DNA of 64,000 nt, from contig DRMV01000043.1 of NCBI GenBank assembly GCA_011322445.1, positions 73,948-137,947 of the forward strand, written 5' to 3'. Shown piece after piece: positions 10,077 through 18,397 of the stretch. Position 1 is the first letter of the stretch, and each line of letters starts with the position of its first letter. A program made the translations under genes and the position numbers. Source of the DNA: Chloroflexota bacterium (GTDB taxonomy: Bacteria > Chloroflexota > Anaerolineae > Anaerolineales > DRMV01). The notes under the pieces are model-generated. The model was not told the DNA's origin. It saw only the letters and a list, made by a program, of their open reading frames with translations, and ran no database searches.

Positions 10077-12047
10077 CTAAAAGTCCCATTCTTCCCATTC
10101 GTCTTCGCGCTTGTGGCGCTTGACGGGGATCAAATCGTCTTCGCTTTCGCCGTAGGCCAGTTCCACATACTGGCGCGGCTTCTTCTTTTTCTTCTTTTTC
10201 TTCTTCTTGCGTGGTTTGTCGGCCGCCAGTTCTTCCTCTTCAGCCTCTTCGTCCACGGCCACCTCGTCGGCCGGAATTTCGACCTGGGCGAAGATGTCTT
10301 CCAACGAAGCGCTTTCTTCCACTTCTTCGGCTTCCTCCGCCGCTTCAGAAGCAGCCTCAGCCTCAGGTGTGGCCTCTTCCACCGCTTCTTCAACCTCCGC
10401 GGCTACCTGAGTCTCTGCTTCAGCCTCTGCCTTGGCTTCCTCAACGGGAGCAAGGGCCTCTGCTTCGGCAACGGCCTCCTCTTCCCCGAGATGGGGCTCT
10501 CCCTCAGCAGGGGCAACAGGTTCCTCTACCTCGGCCTGCGGTTCTTCCGTCGGGTGGGCTTCCTCAAAGAGGGCCAGGGTTTCCGTAATTTGCTCCATGG
10601 CCTTCGGACCAATGCCATCCAAAGCCAACACCTCATCGGGGTTGAGCTTCATTTGCAGCATGAGATCACCGATGGAATTGTAGCCCGCATTGGTCAACAA
10701 CATGGTAATGCGCGGCGTCAGGCCCAAAACATCCACAGGCAGTTCAAAGGCCGCTTCGGGAATTTGTGCCCGGGCTTCGGCCAGGCGACGGGCCTCTTCG
10801 GAAAGTTCCTCAGCCCGGCGGGCAATCACGCCCCGCTCGACGCGGTCGACAAAGCGGGAAAGTTCGCGGTATTCTTCAGGAGCCAGCAAGCGGCCTTCCG
10901 CCTTCTTTGCCAAAATGGCCTCCACCACCGGGATGGTTTCAGCCTCAGCCTCGGCAAAAGGTGCGTATTGCGGGTCGTTTTGAAGTTTGTAAAGCGCCTC
11001 AGACGCTGCTTCGGAGACGTTTTTGATATCAATGCGCCAGCCGGTCAATTTGGCTGCCAGGCGGGCGTTTTGCCCCTGTCGCCCAATGGCAAGGCTCAGC
11101 TGGTCCTCGGGCACCACAACGGTCGCCGTGCGGCTCTCGTGGTCAAGGTACACGCCGGTGACCTGCGCCGGGCTCAAGGCTTTCGCGATGAAGACCTCGG
11201 GGTCGGGGTTCCACTCAATGACGTCAATTTTTTCGCCATGCAATTCGCGCATGATGGCCTGAATGCGCACCCCGCGCAGGCCGACGCACGCGCCCACAGG
11301 GTCAATAGTGGGGGCAATGGCCGAGACCGCCACTTTCGAGCGCCGCCCCGCTTCGCGGGCAATGGCGCGGATTTCCACCTCGCCACGGTAGATCTCCGGC
11401 ACCTCGTCTTCCAGCAACCGGCGGAGGAAATTCTTGTGCGCTCGCGAAAGGATGACCTGCGGCCCTTTGCCCGTCGGTTTCACCTCCAACAGCAAGGCAC
11501 GCACGCGATCGTGAACCCGGAAACGCTCACCGGGTATTTGCTCTCGGCGGGGCAACAAGGCCTCGGTGTTCTTCTCCAGGCCCACCGTGACCCCGTTAGG
11601 GCGCACAGCCTGGACAATGCCGTTGACGATTTCGCCTTCCAGTTTGCTGAAGTATTGATATTGGAGTTCCCGCTCAACTTCGCGGAGGCGCTGTTGCAAC
11701 ACTTGCCGCGCCGTCTGGGCTGCAACCCGCCCCAGGCGCTCGGGGGTGACGTCGACCATCACAACATCACCCAATTGCACCTCGGGGTCGATTTGCTCAG
11801 CCTCTTCCAGCGAAATTTCGGTGGCGGGGTTTTCCACTTCCAGCACGACCTCTTTCTCGGCCTTGACTGAGAAGTGCCCGTCGGCCATATCGATTTCCAC
11901 TTCAACGTTCTGGGAAGACGGCGCGCCCGCCTCTTTACGGTAGGCTGCTGCCAGTGCCTTCTCCAACACCGAGGTCACCGCCTCAGAGGGGAGATGGCGT
12001 TCTTCCAGCAACTCGTTGAATGCCAGTAAGAGTTCACTTTTTGCCAT
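10077..12047 (-). CDS. nusA: transcription termination/antitermination factor NusA with long acidic/poly-Lys C-terminal extension
   Basis: NTD, S1 and KH1/KH2 region ([29 protein letters not shown]), one HhH module, then about 160 aa of low-complexity tail. ATG 12047 chosen ([10 protein letters not shown]). Confidence 0.9.
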   Translation of the reverse strand: MAKSELLLAFNELLEERHLPSEAVTSVLEKALAAAYRKEAGAPSSQNVEVEIDMADGHFSVKAEKEVVLEVENPATEISLEEAEQIDPEVQLGDVVMVDVTPERLGRVAAQTARQVLQQRLREVERELQYQYFSKLEGEIVNGIVQAVRPNGVTVGLEKNTEALLPRREQIPGERFRVHDRVRALLLEVKPTGKGPQVILSRAHKNFLRRLLEDEVPEIYRGEVEIRAIAREAGRRSKVAVSAIAPTIDPVGACVGLRGVRIQAIMRELHGEKIDVIEWNPDPEVFIAKALSPAQVTGVYLDHESRTATVVVPEDQLSLAIGRQGQNARLAAKLTGWRIDIKNVSEAASEALYKLQNDPQYAPFAEAEAETIPVVEAILAKKAEGRLLAPEEYRELSRFVDRVERGVIARRAEELSEEARRLAEARAQIPEAAFELPVDVLGLTPRITMLLTNAGYNSIGDLMLQMKLNPDEVLALDGIGPKAMEQITETLALFEEAHPTEEPQAEVEEPVAPAEGEPHLGEEEAVAEAEALAPVEEAKAEAEAETQVAAEVEEAVEEATPEAEAASEAAEEAEEVEESASLEDIFAQVEIPADEVAVDEEAEEEELAADKPRKKKKKKKKKKPRQYVELAYGESEDDLIPVKRHKREDEWEEWDF

Positions 12048-12126
12048 AACCTCATTTTCTCCAGAACAAAATCTCGCCGCAGGGCTCTCTGCAGCGCAGG
12101 CAAAACGCAAGGGGCGCTTAATCACA

Positions 12127-12151
12127 GAAAAGTGGGGAGCACCCACTTTTC
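12127..12151 (-). terminator. intrinsic-terminator-like hairpin inside the nusA 5' leader (candidate attenuator)
   Basis: Perfect 10-bp stem GAAAAGUGGG/CCCACUUUUC with a 5-nt loop and a U-rich 3' side. Located between the predicted nusA promoter (12189-12217) and the start codon (12047). Confidence 0.45.
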
Positions 12152-12188
12152 GGCCACGGAAACCCGCCGTGCTCCCCCCACGGAGCCT

Positions 12189-12217
12189 ATTTTAGCATGA
12201 GGACAGGGAAGGCGCAA
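12189..12217 (-). promoter_or_regulatory. sigma70-type promoter of the nusA-infB operon
   Basis: Minus strand: TTGCGC (12212-12217), 17 nt, TGCTAAAAT (12189-12197). Confidence 0.5.
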
Positions 12218-12332
12218 GGTTATCTTCGCGCTTCATTCAGAGCCTGCCTGAAAATTTCGTGCAGTGCGCTACTGCATGGCAGGTTTAGGGGTAACGAAGC
12301 ATAAAGAGAATTTAAAAATCCGAAAAAACACC

Positions 12333-12361
12333 TTGACACGCTCTTGCCCTTATGCTACAGT
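12333..12361 (+). promoter_or_regulatory. strong sigma70-type promoter of the Roadblock operon
   Basis: TTGACA (12333-12338), 17 nt, TACAGT (12356-12361) preceded by TG. A-rich UP-like tract GAATTTAAAAATCCGAAAAAA lies upstream. Confidence 0.6.
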
Positions 12362-12422
12362 ATCAGCGCAAAGTTCAGCAAAAAATCTCCCACGGTTGCG
12401 CAACCAAGAAAGGAGTGAGGCC

Positions 12423-12794
12423 TTGGCTCAATCACGCACCCAACAACTCGTGGAACGTCTTCGCAACTTGCAGGCTTCCTCTCCAGACATTGAAGCCTCG
12501 GCAATTGTGAGCGTCGACGGTCTGACCATCGCTTCGGCACTGCCACAAGGCATTGAAGAAGACCGCGTCTCGGCCATGTCGGCAGCCATGCTCTCGTTAG
12601 GCGAGCGCATCGCCTCGGAACTGGGGCGCGGGGCACTGGAACAGGTTTACATTAAAGGCAACCAGGGGTATGTCGTATTGATGGCTGTGGGTGAAGAAGC
12701 CGTGCTGACCGCTCTGGCGCGCGAAGGTGCCAAACTGGGCCTGATCTTCCTGGATATGCGCAGGGCAGCCGAAGACATCGCCAAACTTCTCTAA
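12423..12794 (+). CDS. Roadblock/LC7 (MglB-like) domain protein
   Basis: The in-frame TTG at 12423 has AAGGAG 6-12 nt upstream. Sequence IVSVDGLTIAS...SAMSAAMLSLGERIA..LG...YIKG..GYVVL..V.EEAVL fits the Roadblock/LC7 fold pattern. Confidence 0.8.
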   Translation: MAQSRTQQLVERLRNLQASSPDIEASAIVSVDGLTIASALPQGIEEDRVSAMSAAMLSLGERIASELGRGALEQVYIKGNQGYVVLMAVGEEAVLTALAREGAKLGLIFLDMRRAAEDIAKLL

Positions 12795-12813
12795 ACCGAC
12801 CGGAGGGCGCGTC

Positions 12814-13452
12814 ATGGATCCAATCCCCGAAAGTGGCTACTACTACCCGAACAAGATCGCGCGCATCATCTTAGAGGCCCTCGAAGATGTGATGGGGAAA
12901 AACGGCCTAAACGCCATTCTCAACCTGGCACATTTGCCCCACCTCATCGACAACATGCCTGCCGACAACCTCGACAAAGCATTCGACTTTGCCTACGTGT
13001 CGGCCATCAACCTGGCACTGGAAGAGATGTACGGCCCGCGCGGAGGGCGTGGGCTGGCGTTGCGCGCAGGACGAGCCGCCTTTGCCGAAGGGCTGCGTAA
13101 TTTCGGCGCCCTGGCAGGAGTAGGCGATCTTGCTTTCAAGGTGCTGCCGCTGAAAGCCAAACTGCGCATCGGCTTGCCCGCGATGGCAAAAATCTTTACC
13201 CAGGTCAGCGACCAGATTACCACGGTCGAAGAAAAAGAACACGAATACATTTACACCATCCACCGCTGCCCGGTCTGCTGGGGGCGTCAAGGCACCACCG
13301 ACAAGCCGGTATGCTACATGGCCGTGGGGCTGCTGCAGGAAGGGCTCAAATGGGTCTCCGGCGGCAACGAATTTCGCGTCAACGAGTCAAAATGCGTTGC
13401 CAAAGGCGATGAAGTGTGCGAATTCATCATCCAAAAAGAACCGATTGGCTGA
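12814..13452 (+). CDS. V4R (4-vinyl reductase) domain protein
   Basis: C-terminal HRCPVCWGR...PVCYMAVGLLQEGLKWVSGG.EFRVNESKCVAKGDEVCEFII matches the Cys-rich V4R signature. Confidence 0.75.
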   Translation: MDPIPESGYYYPNKIARIILEALEDVMGKNGLNAILNLAHLPHLIDNMPADNLDKAFDFAYVSAINLALEEMYGPRGGRGLALRAGRAAFAEGLRNFGALAGVGDLAFKVLPLKAKLRIGLPAMAKIFTQVSDQITTVEEKEHEYIYTIHRCPVCWGRQGTTDKPVCYMAVGLLQEGLKWVSGGNEFRVNESKCVAKGDEVCEFIIQKEPIG

Positions 13453-13455
13453 AAA

Positions 13456-14307
13456 GTGGAAAGCAAACGTCACCGCCTCCTCATCATTGAAGACGACCTG
13501 GATGTTGCCGAGATGCTGACATCGTACTTCCGAGTGCAGGGGTACGATGTGCAAACGGCAAACTGGGGAGAAGACGGCATCCGCGCGTGCCAAATTTCGC
13601 CGCCTGACCTCGTCATCCTCGACATCCGCCTGCCAGACATCGATGGCTACCAAGTGGCGGAACGCCTGCGCACCAACGTGCGCACCTCTCGCATCCCCAT
13701 CATCTTCCTGACCGAAAAGCGCGACCGCAGCGACCGCCTCAAAGGCCTCAAACTTGGCGCCGACGACTACATCACCAAACCTTTCGACATCCAGGAACTG
13801 CGCCTGCGGGTGCGGAACGCCCTGCGCCGGGCTTCTCTGGGCCCGGTGACCAACCCGGTCACCGAATTGCCCGAGGGGGCTTTGGTAGACGAAGTGCTTC
13901 AAGAACTGCTCGATAGCGGCAAAGAATGGGTGGCTCTGCTGGTTTCCGTCCGCAACCTGGATGCCTTCCGCGAGCGCTACGGTTTCGTCACTTCTGACGA
14001 TGTGCTGCGCGCGATCAGCCGCATGCTTCAAAACGCCACTCGCGACGCGGGCTCTGGCAACGACTTCATCGGGCATCTCTCCCCCAACGATTTCCTCATC
14101 ATTACCGAACCTCCCCATGCAAACGCCATTCGCTCCCGCATCGAGCAGCGGCTGGGGCAGGCGCTGGATTACTTCTACCCCCTGAAGGACCGCCTGCGAG
14201 AAGATTTCGGAGACCGCAAACTGGCGCTGCGCATTCGCGAAGTGCGCTCTTCACACGGCCCCTTCATCGATGCCGATGCCATCAAGGAGGCCTTCCAGGT
14301 CCGGTAA
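13456..14307 (+). CDS. response regulator: REC domain + degenerate GGDEF-like domain
   Basis: GTG start. REC motifs (IIEDD, LVILDIRLPDIDG, IIFLT, KPF). The C-terminal region aligns to GGDEF (LDAFRERYGF..SDDVL; HLSPNDFLIIT in place of RxGGDEF). Confidence 0.8.
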   Translation: MESKRHRLLIIEDDLDVAEMLTSYFRVQGYDVQTANWGEDGIRACQISPPDLVILDIRLPDIDGYQVAERLRTNVRTSRIPIIFLTEKRDRSDRLKGLKLGADDYITKPFDIQELRLRVRNALRRASLGPVTNPVTELPEGALVDEVLQELLDSGKEWVALLVSVRNLDAFRERYGFVTSDDVLRAISRMLQNATRDAGSGNDFIGHLSPNDFLIITEPPHANAIRSRIEQRLGQALDYFYPLKDRLREDFGDRKLALRIREVRSSHGPFIDADAIKEAFQVR

Positions 14308-14309
14308 CC

Positions 14310-15032
14310 ATGCGCCTCCTTGTCGTCATTCCCACCTATAACGAAGCGGAAAACCTGCCCCGGCTGGTTTCCGCTTTGTTTGCTTTACCGCTCGACCTCG
14401 GTGTGCTGGTCGTGGACGACAACAGCCCCGACGGCACCGGCGAAATTGCCGAGGCGCTGAAAGCGCGCTTTCCGGGGCGGGTTGAAGTGCTGCATCGCGC
14501 CGGGAAAAGCGGGTTGGGGCCGGCCTACCTCGCAGGCTTCCAAAAAGCCCTCCAAATGGAAGGCGTGGCGGCCATCGCCCAGATGGACGCCGACTTTTCG
14601 CACAACCCTGCCGTGTTGCCACAAATGGCAACCCTGCTGGAAAACGACCAGGCCGACCTGGTGCTCGGGTCGCGCTACGTGCCCGGCGGTCGGCTTGACG
14701 AAGCCTGGCCGCTGTGGCGCAAAGGGCTATCGGCCTTTGGCAATTTCTATGCCCGCGCCATCCTGCGAATGCCGGTGCGCGATGTCACCGGGGGCTACCG
14801 CCTCTGGCGGCGAGAGACCTTAGCCAACCTGCCCCTGGCACGCGTCCACGCAGCGGGCTACCTCTTCCAGGTCGAAATGGCCTATCTCACCCACAAACTC
14901 GGCTTTCGTATTGCCGAAGTGCCGATTTACTTCCAGGAACGCCGTTGGGGGCAATCTAAAATGTCATTCGCCATTCAGGTGGAAGCCGCCATTGGCGTGT
15001 GGCAACTGCTGTGGCGGTATCGCGACCTGTAA
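14310..15032 (+). CDS. GT2 polyprenol-phosphate mannosyl/glucosyl transferase (Dpm1-like)
   Basis: VVIPTYNEAENL, VVDDNSPDGT, DADFSH, GSRY motifs. Confidence 0.8.
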   Translation: MRLLVVIPTYNEAENLPRLVSALFALPLDLGVLVVDDNSPDGTGEIAEALKARFPGRVEVLHRAGKSGLGPAYLAGFQKALQMEGVAAIAQMDADFSHNPAVLPQMATLLENDQADLVLGSRYVPGGRLDEAWPLWRKGLSAFGNFYARAILRMPVRDVTGGYRLWRRETLANLPLARVHAAGYLFQVEMAYLTHKLGFRIAEVPIYFQERRWGQSKMSFAIQVEAAIGVWQLLWRYRDL

Positions 15033-15071
15033 ATTCGGGTTTCCTCAGCCCAGGCCTGCCCCGCTCTTCCT

Positions 15072-16997
15072 TCAGTTTTTTTCCATCAACGGCACCACCA
15101 GCATACTGGTCGCAACGCGGTGCCGCAAGGTGCTGATGGTCGTGCCAAACACCAGGTCGGAAACTCCCGAATGGCCGTGCGCTCCCACCACGACCAAATC
15201 GGCCTCCACCTCGGTGACCATGCGCGCCAGTTCCGCCGCGGGGTTGCCCGTTCCCAAATGCCACGTCGCCTGCACCCCCAGCGCCTCTACCGAGGCCGCC
15301 AGGCTCTGTAACCGCTGGCGGTCCATTTCCACTTCCAGGTCATCGGCGTCAGGGCCCAAAGCGCGAGCCGCAGGGCTTTCCACGACGTGCATCAAATGCA
15401 ACGTCGCCTCCGCGGGCGCTGCCACCCGCAAAGCGGCTTCCAGCAAGCGCCGGTCGTTGCCGGAAAAGTCCAACGCCACCGCCACCCGCCGGTAAGGGGT
15501 CAACGCAAACGAAAGCGGTGCCACCGCCGAGCGCCCCAACGCCTTGTGCGGTACGGCCAGCCGGCGCGGCCACCTGCCCGCGGCGCGGCGTCGTTTCAGC
15601 CACGGGTGCACGGTCACATACACCAGCAACCCCAGAAAAGCCGCCGCCAGCGGGAAAAGCGTGCCCCGCACCAGCCACCCATAACGGCCGGCATGGGCTG
15701 CCCACTGACCGATTTCATCCCCCACCAGTTTTACATTCAGCCCCAAGATGATGCTGGCCACGCCCCACGCCAACACCTGCATCCAGCGCGGAATGATGAA
15801 ATCTCCCATGCGTTCCCGGTCGGCCACGGCATGCACCAAAGGAATGACGGCAAACGGCAATTGCAGCGAAAGCACAACCTGGCTTAGCACCAGCAATTCC
15901 CCGGTGGCGTTTTCCCCGGCATAGTAAATGACCAATATTGCAGGCACAACGGCCAGCAAGCGGGTGATCAGGCGGCGCAGCCACGGGCGAATGCGCAGGT
16001 TGAGGTAGCCTTCCATCACGATCTGCCCGGCCAGGGTGCCCGTAACGGTCGAACTCTGCCCGGAAGCCAACAGCGCTACCGCAAAAGCAATGGGGGCAAT
16101 AGAAGCCCCTAACAAGGGTTCGAGCAGATGATGGGCATCTTGAATTTCGGCCACCCTGAAGTAACCGTGACGGTAAAACACTGCTGCCGCCATCACCATA
16201 ATGGCCGCGTTGACCAAAAACGCCAAATTGAGCGCAATGCCAGTGTCAATGTTGTTCCAGCGAATGGCTTCCTTGATGGCCTCTGGCTCGCGACCAATCT
16301 TACGCGTTTGCACCAGTGCCGAATGCAGGTAAAGGTTGTGCGGCATCACCGTTGCGCCCAAAATGCCAATGGCAATGTAAAGTGCGGTTGCATCGGGCAA
16401 AGAAGGCACAAACCCGCGCACAATGCCGCCCCAATCGGGCTGTCCCAGCGCGATTTCCACAAAAAAAGCCGCCCCAATCGTTCCCACCAATGCCAGCACC
16501 ACGCTTTCCAGTTTGCGAATGCCAAAACGGGAAAGCACCAGGAGCAGCAACGTATCCAACGCCGTCAACAGCACACCGTAAATCAAAGGAAGGCCAAACA
16601 GCAACTGCAAGGCAATGGCCGAGCCGATGACCTCGGCCAGGTCGGTTGCCGTAATGGCAATTTCCGCCAGAATGTAGAGGGGAATGTTGACAAAAGAGGG
16701 ATATTCCTCCCGGCACACTTGCGCCAGGTCGCGACGGCTGACGATGCCCAGGCGCGCCGCCAGGCTCTGGAGCAAAATCGCCATCATGTTCGACATCAAC
16801 AGCACCCAAATCAAGGCATAGTTGTAGCGGCTGCCGGCGGCAATGTCGGTCGCCCAGTTGCCGGGGTCCATGTAACCCACTGCGGCCATGAGCGCGGGGC
16901 CGGTAATGGCCAGCCAGCGCCGCCACCAATGGCCGCGCGTGGGCACGACGACGGTCTCATGCACCTCCGAAAGGGACTGATGCCGTTGTTTCACCAT
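15072..16997 (-). CDS. mntH: Nramp-family divalent metal transporter fused to C-terminal universal stress protein (USP) domain
   Basis: Nramp motif DPGNWATDIAAGS with 11-12 TM segments. The last ~140 aa carry USP motifs (VAVALDFS, LHLMHVVE, DLVVVGAHGHSG). ATG 16997 has a GGAGG RBS. Confidence 0.85.
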   Translation of the reverse strand: MVKQRHQSLSEVHETVVVPTRGHWWRRWLAITGPALMAAVGYMDPGNWATDIAAGSRYNYALIWVLLMSNMMAILLQSLAARLGIVSRRDLAQVCREEYPSFVNIPLYILAEIAITATDLAEVIGSAIALQLLFGLPLIYGVLLTALDTLLLLVLSRFGIRKLESVVLALVGTIGAAFFVEIALGQPDWGGIVRGFVPSLPDATALYIAIGILGATVMPHNLYLHSALVQTRKIGREPEAIKEAIRWNNIDTGIALNLAFLVNAAIMVMAAAVFYRHGYFRVAEIQDAHHLLEPLLGASIAPIAFAVALLASGQSSTVTGTLAGQIVMEGYLNLRIRPWLRRLITRLLAVVPAILVIYYAGENATGELLVLSQVVLSLQLPFAVIPLVHAVADRERMGDFIIPRWMQVLAWGVASIILGLNVKLVGDEIGQWAAHAGRYGWLVRGTLFPLAAAFLGLLVYVTVHPWLKRRRAAGRWPRRLAVPHKALGRSAVAPLSFALTPYRRVAVALDFSGNDRRLLEAALRVAAPAEATLHLMHVVESPAARALGPDADDLEVEMDRQRLQSLAASVEALGVQATWHLGTGNPAAELARMVTEVEADLVVVGAHGHSGVSDLVFGTTISTLRHRVATSMLVVPLMEKN

Positions 16998-17007
16998 ATT
17001 GCCTCCC

Positions 17008-17685
17008 TCACGGGCTAAATTCCACAAAAATGGCCTCGGCCAGCGCAGGGCCTATCACCACGGCCTCATCGCGGCCTTCGACGCGCAAATACACCAGATT
17101 ATCGCCAGCGGTGCGCTGCTCTACCCCAAAGCCCACCCCCGGACGCAGCCCCAACGCCGAAAGCCGCCGCAGCACCGCGGGGTCGGCATCCGACACGCTG
17201 ACAATGCGCCCGCGCTCCCCTGCCTCGGCTTGCGTCAACGGCACCGCGTGGGAAAGCGGCAGCGTGAGGTCGTGCCCCGGAATGGGATGGCCGTGGGGGT
17301 CGAAGGCCGGTTCCCCCAGCAGACGAGCGATGCGCGCTTCCATGCGAGCAGAAATAGCGTGCTCCAAACGCTCCGCTTCTTCGTGGACTTCATCCCACCC
17401 ATAGCCCAGGATGCGCACCAGAAACAGTTCCAGCAAACGGTGGCGGCGCAAGGTTTCGAGGGCAATGCGCTCGCCCGCGGGCGTAAGCGTCGCCCCCCGC
17501 CGAGGGCGGTAGGCCACCAGCGGCGGCTGCTCACCAGCCAGCCGTTTGAGCATGCCCGTGACGGAAGCCGGAGCCACGCCCAACATGGCCGCGAGGCTGT
17601 TGGTCGTGGCCTGGCCCCCTTCGCGGGTCAATCGGTAAATGGCTTTGAGATAATCTTGCACGCTGGGGGAAGTCTCAGGCATCAC
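17008..17685 (-). CDS. mntR: DtxR/MntR-family metal-dependent repressor with FeoA-like C-terminal domain
   Basis: DYLKAIYRL, HTH, metal-binding/dimerisation region (HEEAERLEH) and a C-terminal SH3-like/FeoA segment. Its stop is 11 nt before the mntH start. Confidence 0.85.
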   Translation of the reverse strand: MMPETSPSVQDYLKAIYRLTREGGQATTNSLAAMLGVAPASVTGMLKRLAGEQPPLVAYRPRRGATLTPAGERIALETLRRHRLLELFLVRILGYGWDEVHEEAERLEHAISARMEARIARLLGEPAFDPHGHPIPGHDLTLPLSHAVPLTQAEAGERGRIVSVSDADPAVLRRLSALGLRPGVGFGVEQRTAGDNLVYLRVEGRDEAVVIGPALAEAIFVEFSP

Positions 17686-17693
17686 TAAACCCC

Positions 17694-17716
17694 AATTTAG
17701 GATAGGCTAAATTCTA
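17694..17716 (-). promoter_or_regulatory. DtxR-box-like operator overlapping the mntR-mntH promoter
   Basis: AATTTAG-GATAGG-CTAAATT (7-bp perfect inverted arms, 17694-17713). The half-site TTAGGATAG resembles the DtxR box. It overlaps TGgTAGAAT (-10, 17711-17716 on minus). Confidence 0.5.
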
Positions 17717-17738
17717 CCACAAAATTCCCCCTCGCAAC

Positions 17739-17782
17739 AAAAAAGGCCGTTGCACCCATGCTCGCGCATCGGCCCAACGGCC
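17739..17782 (-). terminator. rho-independent terminator after the BCCP gene
   Basis: Minus strand: GGCCGUUG...CAACGGCC stem followed by UUUUUU (plus-strand A6 at 17739-17744). Confidence 0.5.
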
Positions 17783-17825
17783 CAACCCACCCTCTTCGGG
17801 CTTGCAAACCCTCAAAACCCCAAAA

Positions 17826-18323
17826 TCACACCACTGTGACCATGACTTCTCCCTGGTCAACCGTCTGCCCGTCAGAGACTTTCACCTTCTCCACTTTGCC
17901 TGCTTTAGGTGACTTGAGTTCATTCTGCATCTTCATGGATTCCAGGACTACCAGGACGTCACCTTTTTTCACTTCCTGACCTTCTGTGACGGGCACGGAA
18001 ACCACCAGCCCGGGCATCGGGGCTTTGAGCAGGAACGGTCCACTATCCTTGCCGCCACCGCCTCCTGCCAGCCGCAAGCGCCGCAGTTGCTCGTCTTCCA
18101 CCCGCGCTTCGTAAAGCGTACCGCCCATCAGCACCTGCCACTGCCCATCGGCTTCGTAAACATAGCCCTCGAAAGAGCGGTGGTCGGCCAGCAAAGAATA
18201 CAACGGCTGGCCGCTCACGGCAGCCATGTCGACCTCATACACCCGTCCATTCACGGCCACGTGGCGTTCATCCAGAATTTCTACTTCAAATTCCTGGTCG
18301 TTGACGGTGGTAATATATTTCAT
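17826..18323 (-). CDS. biotin carboxyl carrier (BT + BCCP) protein of an acyl-CoA carboxylase
   Basis: 165 aa. C-terminal biotinylation motif VLESMKMQNEL. Confidence 0.8.
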   Translation of the reverse strand: MKYITTVNDQEFEVEILDERHVAVNGRVYEVDMAAVSGQPLYSLLADHRSFEGYVYEADGQWQVLMGGTLYEARVEDEQLRRLRLAGGGGGKDSGPFLLKAPMPGLVVSVPVTEGQEVKKGDVLVVLESMKMQNELKSPKAGKVEKVKVSDGQTVDQGEVMVTVV

Positions 18324-18340
18324 ACCGGGGTCTCCTCAAA

Positions 18341-18396
18341 GATGCAAGATGCAAGTTGCAAGATGCAGGATGCAAGTTGCAAGATGCAGGTTGCAG
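18341..18396. repeat. tandem heptamer array, 8 units (G[AT]TGCA[AG])
   Basis: GATGCAA GATGCAA GTTGCAA GATGCAG GATGCAA GTTGCAA GATGCAG GTTGCAG. It fills the 74-nt spacer between the biotin carboxylase stop and the BCCP start. Confidence 0.8.
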
Positions 18397-18397
18397 G

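Noticed and set aside
9999-11870. 623-aa plus-strand ORF
   Set aside because: It lies antisense to nusA. It is F/L/R/G-rich with no recognisable domain, so it is a shadow ORF.
12048-12146. Longer NusA N-terminus from the upstream in-frame GTG (12146)
   Set aside because: The extension (GAPHFSVIKRPLRFACAAE...) is not NusA-like and its start lies inside the leader hairpin. The conserved N-terminus begins at [10 protein letters not shown] (ATG 12047).
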